A stretch of DNA of 63,638 bases, counting the filler. It is 6 parts of 6 records of this genome, joined end to end, with 100 filler letters (N's around TTAATTAATTAA, not from the genome) between each part and the next. Parts side by side here need not be neighbours in the genome. Positions count along the whole stretch, not along the records: positions 51,829 to 57,759 come from DRR723986_4290; positions 57,860 to 63,638 come from DRR723986_4295; 4 more parts are not named here. One strand, written 5' to 3'. The notes beneath the pieces are model-generated. The model ran no database searches, was not told the origin of the DNA, and saw nothing but the letters and a program-made list of their open reading frames with translations. Within the stretch, counting starts at the first letter, position 1. Each line of letters starts with the position of its first letter. Position numbers and translations under genes: made by a program. This document shows positions 52,545-63,611 of the stretch, piece by piece.

Positions 52545-52630
52545 ATCCGCTGCAGGAATCTGCACGGTTTTGGACCTTGCTGGACGACATCCCGGCTTGC
52601 GCCCGTAACCCTCAAATAAAGGAGATCACG
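52545..52630 (+). promoter_or_regulatory. Alphaproteobacterial S15 (rpsO) autoregulatory leader
   Basis: GCTGGACGACATCCCGGC core (52579-52596) upstream of the AAGGAG RBS of rpsO; boundaries approximate. Confidence 0.65.
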
Positions 52631-52900
52631 ATGTCGATCACTGTTGAAGAAAAAGCCCGCGTCATCGCCGAATTTGCCACCAAAGAAGGTGACACCGGTT
52701 CGCCCGAAGTTCAGGTTGCCATCCTGACCTCGCGCATCACCACGCTGACCGAGCACTTCAAAACCCACAAAAAAGACAACCACGGCCGCCGCGGCCTGCT
52801 GATGATGGTGGCCCAGCGCCGTAAGCTGCTGGACTATCTGAAAGCAAAAGACGAGGCACGCTACCAGTCGCTGATCCAGCGTTTGGGCATCCGCCGCTAA
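52631..52900 (+). CDS. rpsO: 30S ribosomal protein S15
   Basis: [24 protein letters not shown] and LGIRR; 89 aa. Confidence 0.98.
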   Translation: MSITVEEKARVIAEFATKEGDTGSPEVQVAILTSRITTLTEHFKTHKKDNHGRRGLLMMVAQRRKLLDYLKAKDEARYQSLIQRLGIRR

Positions 52901-52924
52901 GCGGAAAAGGCCTGTTGGCAAAAT

Positions 52925-52954
52925 GGCCCGCCTGCGCTGCAGGCGGGTTTTTTT
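52925..52954 (+). terminator. Rho-independent terminator of rpsO
   Basis: CCCGCCTGC-GCT-GCAGGCGGG followed by T7. Confidence 0.85.
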
Positions 52955-52986
52955 ATGCGCCACAGAAACTGCGGGAGTGGGCCAAT

Positions 52987-53023
52987 AAAAACCCCCGCAG
53001 GCCCGGGCCCACGGGGGGTTTTT
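52987..53023 (-). terminator. Rho-independent terminator of gatB (likely bidirectional)
   Basis: AAAAACCCCCG...CGGGGGGTTTTT. Confidence 0.75.
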
Positions 53024-53040
53024 AGCGTGTTTCCAGGCGC

Positions 53041-54552
53041 TTAGAGGCCCAGTTTTTGGCTGACGATCTGGTTTACTGCCGCCGGGTTGGCCTTGCCGCC
53101 GGTGGCTTTCATCACCTGCCCCACAAACCAGCCTGCCAGTTTGGGGTTTTGCTGGGCCTTTTCCAACTGCGCCGGGTTGGCGGCGATAATGGCGTCTACT
53201 GCCGCCTCGATTGCGCCGGTATCTGTCACCTGTTTCATCCCGCGCGCCTCGACAATCTGGGCCGGGTCGCCACCTTCGGTATAGACGATTTCAAACAGGT
53301 CTTTGGCGATCTTGCCGGAAATATCGCCCTTGGCGATCAGATCGATGATACCGCCCAATTGCTGCGGCGAAACCGGGCTATCGGCAATGTCGCGATCATC
53401 TTTTTTCAGGCGGCCAAACAGCTCGTTGATCACCCAGTTGGCCGCCATCTTGCCATCGCGCCCTTCGGCTACGGCCTCGAAATAATCGGCGTTTTGCACC
53501 TCGGCGGTCAGCACGCTGGCATCATATTCCGACAGGCCCATTTGCAGCACGAAACGCGCCTTTTTGGCATCGGGCAATTCCGGCAGGCTGGCGGCAATAT
53601 CATCAACCCATGCCTGTTCTATTTCCAAAGGCAGCAAATCGGGGTCGGGGAAATAGCGGTAATCATGCGCCTCTTCCTTGCTGCGCATCGAGCGTGTTTC
53701 CCCCTTGTCGGGGTCATAGAGGCGGGTTTCCTGCACAACCTTGCCGCCGGCCTCGACAATCGCGATCTGGCGGCGCGCCTCGTATTCAATTGCCTGCTGG
53801 ATAAAGCGCATCGAGTTCATATTCTTGATCTCGCAGCGCGTGCCCAAATGGCTGAAATCGCCGGTTTCCTGAAAACGCTCGTAGGCGCCGGGCAGGCAGA
53901 TCGAAACGTTCACATCGGCGCGCAAGTTGCCATTTTGCATATTGCCATCGCAGGTGCCCAGATAGCGCAGGATCTGGCGCAGCTTGGTCACATAGGCGGC
54001 CGCCTCTTCGGGGCCGCGAATATCGGGGCGGCTGACGATCTCCATCAGCGCCACGCCGGTGCGGTTCAAATCCACAAAAGACATCGCCGGGTCCATATCG
54101 TGGATCGACTTGCCTGCATCTTGTTCAAGGTGAATCCGCTCGATCCGCACGCGGCGGGCCACGCCCGGGCCCATATCGACGATAATCTCGCCCTCGCCCA
54201 CGATGGGGTGATAAAGCTGGCTGATCTGGTAGCCCTGCGGCAGGTCTGGGTAGAAATAGTTTTTGCGGTCAAAGGCCGACCAAAGGTTAATCTCGGCCTT
54301 CAGGCCCAGCCCTGTGCGCACGGCCTGGGCCACGCAGAATTCGTTGATCACCGGCAACATGCCCGGCATGGCGGCATCCACAAAGGCCACATTGGCGTTA
54401 GGCTCGGCGCCAAAACGCGTCGAGGCGCCCGAAAACAGCTTGGCGTTCGAGGCAACCTGGGCATGCACCTCCATGCCGATCACCAGCTCCCAGTCGTGCT
54501 TGGCCCCTGCAATGACCTTGGGCTTGGGCGTTTCAAAGGTAAGATCAAGCAT
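53041..54552 (-). CDS. gatB: Asp-tRNA(Asn)/Glu-tRNA(Gln) amidotransferase subunit B
   Basis: [33 protein letters not shown] and [10 protein letters not shown] motifs. Confidence 0.98.
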   Translation of the reverse strand: MLDLTFETPKPKVIAGAKHDWELVIGMEVHAQVASNAKLFSGASTRFGAEPNANVAFVDAAMPGMLPVINEFCVAQAVRTGLGLKAEINLWSAFDRKNYFYPDLPQGYQISQLYHPIVGEGEIIVDMGPGVARRVRIERIHLEQDAGKSIHDMDPAMSFVDLNRTGVALMEIVSRPDIRGPEEAAAYVTKLRQILRYLGTCDGNMQNGNLRADVNVSICLPGAYERFQETGDFSHLGTRCEIKNMNSMRFIQQAIEYEARRQIAIVEAGGKVVQETRLYDPDKGETRSMRSKEEAHDYRYFPDPDLLPLEIEQAWVDDIAASLPELPDAKKARFVLQMGLSEYDASVLTAEVQNADYFEAVAEGRDGKMAANWVINELFGRLKKDDRDIADSPVSPQQLGGIIDLIAKGDISGKIAKDLFEIVYTEGGDPAQIVEARGMKQVTDTGAIEAAVDAIIAANPAQLEKAQQNPKLAGWFVGQVMKATGGKANPAAVNQIVSQKLGL

Positions 54553-54636
54553 CGCTGCCCCCTTAGTGGATAGATCAGCGGCGTTCTAAATCGTCACTGC
54601 AGGCGGGGCAAGCGTAATGGGGCGCGCAACGCAGGC

Positions 54637-55872
54637 TTAGGCCGACAAACTGGGGCGCATGCGCGAAATTTCTGCCCGCCGGCGTAAGCTGGGCTGAAAA
54701 AGATGCACCTGGGGCGGAATTTTTCCGCCCTCCGCGATCATCGGGCGCGCCGCTGTGCCTGGCAAAGCCACAGCTTGGGCGGCCTGTTCCCAAACGGGGG
54801 CGTGAATTTCGCGCAAGCGGCCTTGCAACACCGCATCCAGGCCCTGGCGCAGCCCTTGGGCCATGGGGCGCAACAGGCGCGACTGAAACGCCGGGCCCGC
54901 CAGGGTAAGCGCGCCAAACGCGGCCAGATCATTGGCGTAATGCGGGTTTTCCGCGCTGTCCAAGATGGCCTGCACCGCATTTGTGAACCGATCTACATCC
55001 AGCACGCTCAGCGCCTTGGGATCATGGCGCAACGCATCTAGATACACCCAAGCATACCCGCCCCCGCCCCAAACCGAGGCACACCGCCCCGCAATACGCT
55101 GCGCCTGCGCCTCGAGCTGGTCGTAATCGCCAAACCAGCGCGGCAGCAAATGCACGCCGAAACTGCGCATGTGATGGGGGTTGCCCGGATCAAGATCGAT
55201 CAACCATTCATAGGCGGTGCACACCTCGTCGGCGCGTGCGGGCAGCGCGGCAAAAAGCGCACAGCGCGCCGCGGCATAGGCGGCGCTGTTGCGTGTATAC
55301 TGCCCATGGGCGGCCAAAACCGCCTGCGCCTGCTGAAAATGTGCCTGAAATTGCTGCCAATGCGCCTGTGGCACATCTGAAACCCAGCCCTGCCCGCGCC
55401 ATGCAAGCCCGGTTTCGATCAGGGCATAAACCAGCACCAAACCAAGGGCAAAATCATCTTCGAAATCTTCCAACGCCTCTTGCAGCGCGGCAATGCCACC
55501 GCCGGGCGCGTGGGCGGCCACCAGCCCCGGGTCTGCCAAAACCTGCAACAAGGGGCCAATGGCATCGCCCGCAGCCCCACGCGCCAAAAGCGGCGCATGG
55601 GCCACACCCCCCAATGTGCGGTCCAGATGCCGGTCGGCCATTTTCATTTCATGCGATAAATCTGACCACCGCTCTTGGCGGGCCAAAAACAGCCCCCGCG
55701 TGGCGATTGTGGCCTGCGCCTGCAGATCTGGCCCCTCGTGGCGCAGGGGCAAGCCATGGGTTTTGGCGTAATCGGCCAAGACCTGGGCCGCTGGGGCAAC
55801 CGGGGCAAATGCCGCAGGCCGCGGGCGCGGCAAAATGCCAAGCAACCGTGAGGGGGTAAAAAAAGAGGGCAT
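54637..55872 (-). CDS. Hypothetical helical protein, DUF4034-like
   Basis: 411-aa ORF filling the gatB-degP gap; LAWRGQGW and HLLPRWFG motifs. Confidence 0.6.
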   Translation of the reverse strand: MPSFFTPSRLLGILPRPRPAAFAPVAPAAQVLADYAKTHGLPLRHEGPDLQAQATIATRGLFLARQERWSDLSHEMKMADRHLDRTLGGVAHAPLLARGAAGDAIGPLLQVLADPGLVAAHAPGGGIAALQEALEDFEDDFALGLVLVYALIETGLAWRGQGWVSDVPQAHWQQFQAHFQQAQAVLAAHGQYTRNSAAYAAARCALFAALPARADEVCTAYEWLIDLDPGNPHHMRSFGVHLLPRWFGDYDQLEAQAQRIAGRCASVWGGGGYAWVYLDALRHDPKALSVLDVDRFTNAVQAILDSAENPHYANDLAAFGALTLAGPAFQSRLLRPMAQGLRQGLDAVLQGRLREIHAPVWEQAAQAVALPGTAARPMIAEGGKIPPQVHLFQPSLRRRAEISRMRPSLSA

Positions 55873-55962
55873 GCAAACAGCTCGCTACTGAAATTGGTGC
55901 GGGTATTTCGCCAAATATTTGCGGCTGAAAAAAGGCAGTTCTGGGGTGTTTGCATGAAGCAT

Positions 55963-55989
55963 AAAAAAGGGGCGCCCCAGGGCGCCCCC
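55963..55989 (-). terminator. Rho-independent terminator of degP
   Basis: Minus strand reads GGGGGCGCCCTGGGGCGCCCCTTTTTT. Confidence 0.8.
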
Positions 55990-56014
55990 GTTGATGCATA
56001 CCGCCTGTTGCGCC

Positions 56015-57496
<1,482 letters not shown>

Positions 57497-57542
57497 TTGG
57501 GTATCTCCTATTTCTTTGCAGGAAAACATGCGCACACCATCC

Positions 57543-57570
57543 ATCTAGGGCGCGGAATGTGCAACACAAA
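57543..57570 (-). promoter_or_regulatory. Candidate RpoH-type (sigma-32 family) promoter of degP
   Basis: Minus strand TTTG-N17-CCTAGAT resembles alphaproteobacterial RpoH promoter consensus. Confidence 0.35.
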
Positions 57571-57759
57571 GCCCGTCGCGCAGCGTCAATTGGGCGTGAT
57601 GGTTTGTTACCGTGCCCCCAAGGGGGGGCTGCGTGGAACTCTGTGCTTCCCAATAGGGCTAAAAACATGTATGGCCCCCGCATCTGAGACGTTGCGCCCT
57701 GACCCTGGCGCTCGAAACTAAGATGGAAAGGGTCGGCGGCAATGGGGCCGCCATGCAAA

Positions 57760-57859
57760 NNNNNNNNNNNNNNNNNNNNNNNNNNNNNNNNNNNNNNNNN
57801 NNNTTAATTAATTAANNNNNNNNNNNNNNNNNNNNNNNNNNNNNNNNNNNNNNNNNNNN
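57760..57859. other. Artificial contig-joining spacer
   Basis: N44-TTAATTAATTAA-N44. Confidence 0.99.
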
Positions 57860-57898
57860 CCCCCAGACGGACGCGCTACCAGGCTGCGCTATAGCCCG
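57860..57898 (-). tRNA. tRNA-Pro(GGG), 5' half only (cut by contig end)
   Basis: Minus strand reads CGGGCTA TA GCGC AGCCTGGTA GCGC G TCCGT CT GGG GG; follows ihfA-merR. Confidence 0.88.
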
Positions 57899-57951
57899 AC
57901 ATGGGGCCTTCATACTGATTTTCAGAACGGGGGCAAGGGCGAAAGCGCCGA

Positions 57952-58740
57952 TTATTGCAGGTCTTTTTCGGCCGATGCATCGGCGCCCATACGCGCGCGC
58001 AGCGCCGCCAGATCGTGCAGGGCCTGTTGCAGCCCAGCCCGCGCCGCTGCTGGCAGGGGGGCGCGGGCCTGCAAGGCCTGGGCAAGCAGGCCGGGGGCGG
58101 CTGTGATGGCATCCATATCGGGGATTTCTGGCAAATCCGGCAGCGGGGCAGGGGGGGCTGCAGCGCCAGGTTCCACCGCTGCCTCTGCCTCTGTTTCGCT
58201 GCCGGGCTCTAGGCCCTCTGCGGGGGCGTTGTGTGCCGTGGGGGCGGGTGCCGGGCCAGGTGGTGGCGCTGTGGCCTCGGGCAGGGGAAACAGCTGTAGC
58301 TGATCGTTGTTTTGATCGGGCTCTGCGGGTTTTCGTGCCGCAGCTTCGCGGTGAAAGGGCACAACCGTGTCTTCGCCGCTGGTGGTGGTGGCCAGGCTGG
58401 TATCTTCTTCGGCCAGGGCGGCTGCGGCCTCGTCTTGCACCAATTGCGGGGGCAAGGGCGCATCATCAAGCGGTGGTGAAAACGCGCTTACGTGTTTAAT
58501 GCCCTGTTCGCGCAATAGTTTTTGCACGCCTTTGATGGTCATTCCATCGTCATGCAGCAAGGTTTTGATACCACCCAGCAATTGCATGTCGTCGGGGCGG
58601 TAATAGCGCCGCCCGCCCGCGCGTTTCACCGGTTTGACCTGTGGAAACTTGCTTTCCCAGAAGCGCAGCACATGCGTCGGCTTTTCAAGCCATTCGGCTA
58701 CTTCGCTGATGGTGCGAAACGCGTCTGGGGCCTTGGACAT
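57952..58740 (-). CDS. MerR-family transcriptional regulator with Pro/Ala-rich C-terminal extension
   Basis: [27 protein letters not shown] and GMTIKGVQ motifs; downstream of ihfA. Confidence 0.92.
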   Translation of the reverse strand: MSKAPDAFRTISEVAEWLEKPTHVLRFWESKFPQVKPVKRAGGRRYYRPDDMQLLGGIKTLLHDDGMTIKGVQKLLREQGIKHVSAFSPPLDDAPLPPQLVQDEAAAALAEEDTSLATTTSGEDTVVPFHREAAARKPAEPDQNNDQLQLFPLPEATAPPPGPAPAPTAHNAPAEGLEPGSETEAEAAVEPGAAAPPAPLPDLPEIPDMDAITAAPGLLAQALQARAPLPAAARAGLQQALHDLAALRARMGADASAEKDLQ

Positions 58741-58755
58741 GCTGCTCTCCTTGGC

Positions 58756-59058
58756 TTAGGCCTTGTTCCCTGCAGCGACGCGATCTTTCATCAGATGAGA
58801 GGGGCGAAAGGTAAGCACGCGGCGCGGTTCAATGGGAACTTCGGTGCCGGTTTTCGGGTTGCGGCCCACACGGGCGGCTTTGTCGCGCACCGAGAAGGTG
58901 CCAAAAGACGAGATCTTGACCTGCTCGCCACGCACCAGCGCATCTGACATATGCTGCAAAACCGACTCGACCAATTGGCTGGCATCGTTGCGCGACAGGC
59001 CAACATCGCGGTATATGGCCTCGCTTAGATCCATCCGCGTCAGCGTTTTCTCACTCAT
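58756..59058 (-). CDS. ihfA: Integration host factor subunit alpha
   Basis: [25 protein letters not shown] and RRVLTFRPS motifs. Confidence 0.97.
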   Translation of the reverse strand: MSEKTLTRMDLSEAIYRDVGLSRNDASQLVESVLQHMSDALVRGEQVKISSFGTFSVRDKAARVGRNPKTGTEVPIEPRRVLTFRPSHLMKDRVAAGNKA

Positions 59059-59160
59059 CTTCCGTCCCCCTAAGAATTTCACAAAACAATGGGGCAGGGC
59101 AATTTGCGAGTCAATATCAATGGCTTGGTCGGGTGGCTGCGGTGTGGGGATTTTGCCGCG

Positions 59161-60132
59161 CTACCAGCGCAGAACCACCGCACCCCATGCCAAACCGCCG
59201 CCAATGGCCTCGGTGACCAGCAAATCATTCGGTTTGATCTGGCCACGCGCCACCCCAACCGATAGCGCCAGAGGAATCGATGCAGCCGATGTATTGCCAT
59301 GGTCTTGCACCGTCACCACCACCCGATCCATCGGCAGGCCCATCTTTTTGGCGGTGCCCTGGATGATACGGATATTGGCCTGATGCGGCACGATCCAATC
59401 GACATCGCTGTCTTGCAGCCCGGCCTTTTCCAGCGCGGTATGGGCGGTGGCGGCCAGTTTTTCGATGGCGTGGCGGAACACTTCTTTGCCTTCCATCCGC
59501 AAAAAGCCGGTGCTTTGGGTGGATACACCGCCATCGACATATAAAATATCGCGGTGGCGGCCATCGGAATTCAGATCTGTCGCCAGAATACCCCGATCGT
59601 TTACATCGCCCTGGCCCTGCTGGGCCTCAAGTATCAAGGCGCCTGCGCCATCGCCAAACAACACGCAAGTTGTGCGGTCTTGCCAATCCATAATGCGCGA
59701 GAAAGTTTCCGCGCCAATCACCAGCACCCGCTGCGCCTGCCCCGATACGATCAGCGCGTTGGCGTTGGTCAGGGCAAAGACAAACCCCGCACACACCGCC
59801 TGCACATCAAAGGCAAAGCCACGGGTCATGCCCAGATTGGCCTGCACCATGGTTGCCGCCGAAGGAAAGGTAAGATCGGCGGTCGAGGTGGCCACGATGA
59901 TCGCATCGATATCATCGGCCTGCAGCCCGGCATGGGCCAGGGCCGCGCGCGCGGCTTGGGTGGCCAGATCAGATGTGGTTTCGCCCGGGGCTGCGAAATG
60001 CCGCCGTTCAATGCCTGAGCGCGCCTTGATCCATTCGTCGCTGGTATCCAGCGAGGCTTCGAATTCGCTGTTTGGCACCACCCGTTCTGGCAGGTAGTGG
60101 CCAACCCCACGAACCACGGCGCGTATCGTCAT
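59161..60132 (-). CDS. fabH: Beta-ketoacyl-ACP synthase III
   Basis: AVCAGF, PHQAN and GNTSAAS (Cys-His-Asn triad). Confidence 0.97.
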   Translation of the reverse strand: MTIRAVVRGVGHYLPERVVPNSEFEASLDTSDEWIKARSGIERRHFAAPGETTSDLATQAARAALAHAGLQADDIDAIIVATSTADLTFPSAATMVQANLGMTRGFAFDVQAVCAGFVFALTNANALIVSGQAQRVLVIGAETFSRIMDWQDRTTCVLFGDGAGALILEAQQGQGDVNDRGILATDLNSDGRHRDILYVDGGVSTQSTGFLRMEGKEVFRHAIEKLAATAHTALEKAGLQDSDVDWIVPHQANIRIIQGTAKKMGLPMDRVVVTVQDHGNTSAASIPLALSVGVARGQIKPNDLLVTEAIGGGLAWGAVVLRW

Positions 60133-61226
60133 AGTGTTTGTCCTTCCGTCCCTGCCTCGGCGTCGATCTGGGCGGTTGCCAATGCCAGGCGTGCGGCGAT
60201 CTTGTCGGAAAAATCGTTTTGTGCCAAGCGGAACGCCAAAGCAACGGCCGCGGCCACGCCGGTTTCATCAGCCGAGCCATGCGATTTGACCACGGTGCCG
60301 TTCAGCCCCAAAAACACCCCACCGTTCACACGGCGCGGATCGATGCGTTTTTTCAGCCGGCTCAGCGAGCCGAGCGCCAAGAGGGCGGCAAATTTTGACA
60401 ATAGCGAAAAGGCAAATGCCTCTTTCAGCAAATCGCCAATCAGGCTGGCCGTGCCCTCGCCGGTTTTTAGGGCGATATTGCCGGTGAACCCATCGGTGAT
60501 GATCACATCGCAGCGATTGCCCGGTATATCGCCCCCCTCGACAAAGCCCACGAAATCATAGGCGGCCTTGTCGGCATGGGCGGCGATCAGGTCGTGGGCG
60601 GCTTTCAGCTCGGCGCGGCCTTTGTGCTCTTCGGTGCCGACATTCAGCAGGCCAATACGGGGGCGGGCAATGGACAGACCGTTGCGCGCATAGGATGCCC
60701 CCATCACCGCATAGCGCAGCAAATCTTGTTCGTCGGCGCGAATATCGGCGCCCACGTCCAGCATCACGTTAAACCCTTGCGGGTTTCGCGATGGCCACAA
60801 AACGGCAATTGCCGGGCGAATGACACCCGGCAATTTGCGCAAACGCACCATCGATAGCAGCATCAAAGCGCCGGTATTGCCGCACGAAACGCATACTGTG
60901 GCCTCGCCATTGCGCACCGCGTCCAGCGCCGACCACATCGATGTGTTCTGCCCGTGGCGCATCACATGGCTGGGCTTGTCTTCCATATGCACCACGTCGC
61001 TGGCATCGCGGATTTCGCAGCGCCCCGCCAGGTGGGGGCGCTTTGCAACCAGCTTTTCCAGCTCGTCTTTCGGGCCATGCAGCAGAAAGGCGATATCTGG
61101 GTTTTCCTTGGCCGAACGTGAAATACCGGCGACAACAGTCGCCGGCCCACGGTCGCCACCCATGGCGTCAACGGAAATAACGATCCGGCCCAAGCTCTGA
61201 TTGCTTTGATCGCCCAGAGGTTTCAT
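60129..61226 (-). CDS. plsX: Phosphate acyltransferase
   Basis: VDAMGGD, GNTGALM, LNVGTEE.KG, DGFTGN..LK and VVKSHG motifs; start approximate. Confidence 0.95.
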   Translation of the reverse strand: MKPLGDQSNQSLGRIVISVDAMGGDRGPATVVAGISRSAKENPDIAFLLHGPKDELEKLVAKRPHLAGRCEIRDASDVVHMEDKPSHVMRHGQNTSMWSALDAVRNGEATVCVSCGNTGALMLLSMVRLRKLPGVIRPAIAVLWPSRNPQGFNVMLDVGADIRADEQDLLRYAVMGASYARNGLSIARPRIGLLNVGTEEHKGRAELKAAHDLIAAHADKAAYDFVGFVEGGDIPGNRCDVIITDGFTGNIALKTGEGTASLIGDLLKEAFAFSLLSKFAALLALGSLSRLKKRIDPRRVNGGVFLGLNGTVVKSHGSADETGVAAAVALAFRLAQNDFSDKIAARLALATAQIDAEAGTEGQTL

Positions 61227-61248
61227 GCCGGTGCCCGTCACCGAAAAA

Positions 61249-61455
61249 TCAGGCTGCGTCTTCGTCCAGATCGACTTCGTCAGCAGCTGCCACGACTTCG
61301 CGATCGGCATAGTGGCCGCAGGCGCCACACACGTGGTGGGGGCGCTTCAGCTCGCCGCAGTTGGGGCACTCGTTCGGGTTTGCAGCAACCAGCGCATCAT
61401 GGGCGCGGCGGTTGTTGCGGCGCGATTTCGAAACTTTGTTCTGTTGGACGGCCAT
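61249..61455 (-). CDS. rpmF: 50S ribosomal protein L32
   Basis: [22 protein letters not shown]...HHVC..CG zinc ribbon. Confidence 0.97.
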   Translation of the reverse strand: MAVQQNKVSKSRRNNRRAHDALVAANPNECPNCGELKRPHHVCGACGHYADREVVAAADEVDLDEDAA

Positions 61456-61621
61456 GTCGCAACCTCAATTCCTGTGGCGTCAAGCGCCTGTTTCACAAGG
61501 GGGTGTGGGGCACATACAAGAGCACTGCCCATGTGTCCAACCCTGAATCCGATGAAGGCCGGAAAATACTTTGATTTCGGCAATGCGCAAGCGGTTTTTT
61601 GCCTTTGGTGAAAATGCCCGC

Positions 61622-62155
61622 TTACTGGCCTTTTTCCAGCTTGTCTTTCAACGCAGCAAGGGCTGCAAAGGGTTTCACATCCTCATCGCTGAGTGGTGCG
61701 GCGCCTGGTTCGGTTGTGCTAAGCTGGCCAAACCCTGCGCCATCTTGGCGTGGATAAAGCGGCAAGGCCAGCGCAAGGGATTCGATCATCACCTCGCTCA
61801 GGTCGATCACCGCGGGCAGGGCCTCGATGGTTTCGTCTTCCAGCTCGATCTCCTCGCCCTCGGGGGTTTCTGGCATTTTGGCCAGAAATTGCCGCACCAC
61901 TGGCTCGTCCAGCCGGGTGGTGACAGGATCAAGAGTGACAACGCAGGGCTGCACCACCGTGGCACCCAGCTGCGCCTCGAGGCGCCAGTCGCTTTTGCCG
62001 GCGGGGTGCAGCGTGCCTTTGAACGATAGTTTGCGCAGCCCCAACAGCCCCAGCTGCGTGGCAATGGTGCTGTTTTCGGCCGCATCAGGGCGCAAGGAAA
62101 ACGCAACGGGGCGGTTTTTGGGCAATTCTGCCACGCGCAATTGGGTTTGTGTCAT
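61622..62155 (-). CDS. yceD: YceD/DUF177 family protein
   Basis: QPCVVTLDPV, LALPLYPR and PFAALAAL motifs; upstream of rpmF. Confidence 0.9.
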   Translation of the reverse strand: MTQTQLRVAELPKNRPVAFSLRPDAAENSTIATQLGLLGLRKLSFKGTLHPAGKSDWRLEAQLGATVVQPCVVTLDPVTTRLDEPVVRQFLAKMPETPEGEEIELEDETIEALPAVIDLSEVMIESLALALPLYPRQDGAGFGQLSTTEPGAAPLSDEDVKPFAALAALKDKLEKGQ

Positions 62156-62241
62156 AATGTGCTTCCATTCTTGAACCCGGCTGGATCCTTCTATAATCGG
62201 GATATTAGGCACGCAAAGCCAAAGCAAGGGGGGCGTCCACG

Positions 62242-62682
62242 TTGCGCAAAATCGGTGCGATACTTTGTCTGATCGTCCTTGTCGGGTGTACAGCCACTTT
62301 CAGAAACCACGGCTATGTGCCCAGCGAAGACGAGCTGGCCGCATTGGAGCTGGGCAAAGACACCCGCGATAGCGTGATCGAGGCTGTGGGCGCGCCGGGC
62401 TTTGGCGGGGTGCTGGATAGCAGCGCCTTTTTCTACGTGCAAAGCCGGGTCAGAAACGAGATGTTTTATGCCCCCACCGTGATCGAGCGCCAGGTTGTGG
62501 CACTAAGCTTTGACAGCGCGGGCGTGCTGCGCAATGTCGAGCGGTTTGGGCTAGAAGACGGCCAGGTTGTGCCATTGGCGCGCCGTGTTACGGATAACTC
62601 GGTGCAAAATAACGGGCTGCTGCGCCAGCTGTTGCGCAATTTGGGCAATTTCAACCCAGCGGGCGCCTTGGCGCAAAACTAA
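62242..62682 (+). CDS. bamE: Outer membrane protein assembly factor BamE
   Basis: Lipobox LVGC; HGYVP, V...VG.P and RQVVALSFD..G.L motifs. Confidence 0.9.
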   Translation: MRKIGAILCLIVLVGCTATFRNHGYVPSEDELAALELGKDTRDSVIEAVGAPGFGGVLDSSAFFYVQSRVRNEMFYAPTVIERQVVALSFDSAGVLRNVERFGLEDGQVVPLARRVTDNSVQNNGLLRQLLRNLGNFNPAGALAQN

Positions 62683-62789
62683 GGCGTTTTCCGGTGGCAG
62701 GGCCGCAGCGTCATAGCACCGACACAGGCGCGCCCTATCAGGGCGCTGCGCCCGGTGTCGGGCAAGCGCCCCAAAGCCCGGAGATGCCA

Positions 62790-63527
62790 ATGCCAGTTTT
62801 CACCAAAGGGCGCTACAGCGTGCGCCTTGCCGATGGCCCCGCCGATATTGCTGCCGCCCAAGGCCTGAGGCATCTGTGCTTTCACGGGGCGGCTGGGCTG
62901 GATTGCGATGAATTTGACGAAATTTGCCAGCATATCCTGGTAGAAGATCGCCGCGATGGCGCCTTGGTTTGTGTGTTTCGCCTGTTGGCCTTGCCCAATG
63001 GCGGGGCGATTGGTGCCAGCTATTCGGCGCAATATTACAACCTGTCTGGTCTTACGCAATTTGCGGGGCCAATGGCCGAAATGGGCCGGTTTTGCATTCA
63101 TCCCGCCTGTAAAGACCCCGATATCTTGCGTGTGGCCTGGGGGGCGCTGACGGGCATTGTTGATCGGCAGGGCGTGCAAATGCTGTTTGGCTGCGCCTCG
63201 TTTCATGGCACCGAGGCGGCTCAATACCGCGATGCCTTTGCCATGCTGCGGGCCCGCCATGTGGCGCCCAAGCGCTGGTTGCCAAAGGTAAAAGCGCCGC
63301 GGGTTTTTCGCTTTAGCCGCCTGGCGCAATATCTGCCCGATGCCAAAGAGGCCATGCGCCGCATGCCGCCTTTGCTGCGCACCTATCTGTTGATGGGGGG
63401 CTGGGTCAGCGATCATGCGGTGGTGGATGGGCAGATGAACACCTTGCATGTGTTCACAGGGCTGGAAATTGCCGCGATACCGCCGGCGCGTGCGCGTTTG
63501 CTGCGGGCCGTGGCCGCAGTGGGATAA
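62790..63527 (+). CDS. glsB: OlsB-family GNAT N-acyltransferase, probable glutamine-lipid synthase
   Basis: AQGLRH, DEFD..C.H, EMGRFC and PPLLRTYL.MGG.V motifs; directly downstream of bamE, as for Rhodobacteraceae glsB. Confidence 0.7.
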   Translation: MPVFTKGRYSVRLADGPADIAAAQGLRHLCFHGAAGLDCDEFDEICQHILVEDRRDGALVCVFRLLALPNGGAIGASYSAQYYNLSGLTQFAGPMAEMGRFCIHPACKDPDILRVAWGALTGIVDRQGVQMLFGCASFHGTEAAQYRDAFAMLRARHVAPKRWLPKVKAPRVFRFSRLAQYLPDAKEAMRRMPPLLRTYLLMGGWVSDHAVVDGQMNTLHVFTGLEIAAIPPARARLLRAVAAVG

Positions 63528-63551
63528 ATATGGGATAAATGTGGGCTAAAT
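63519..63551 (+). repeat. Three 11-bp direct repeats
   Basis: GTGGGATAAAT / ATGGGATAAAT / GTGGGCTAAAT. Confidence 0.7.
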
Positions 63552-63576
63552 TTGGCGCGCGGCCTGTCACGGGTGC

Positions 63577-63605
63577 TTGACGGCGCGGGGTGGCCCAGAT
63601 AGCTG
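63577..63605 (+). promoter_or_regulatory. Candidate sigma-70 promoter
   Basis: TTGACG-N17-TAGCTG; predicted start site near the ATG at 63612. Confidence 0.5.
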
Positions 63606-63611
63606 CGGGCC

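Noticed and set aside
58000..58460. Pro/Ala-rich MerR tail as a novel domain
   Set aside because: Low-complexity extensions are common in this ihfA-linked MerR family.
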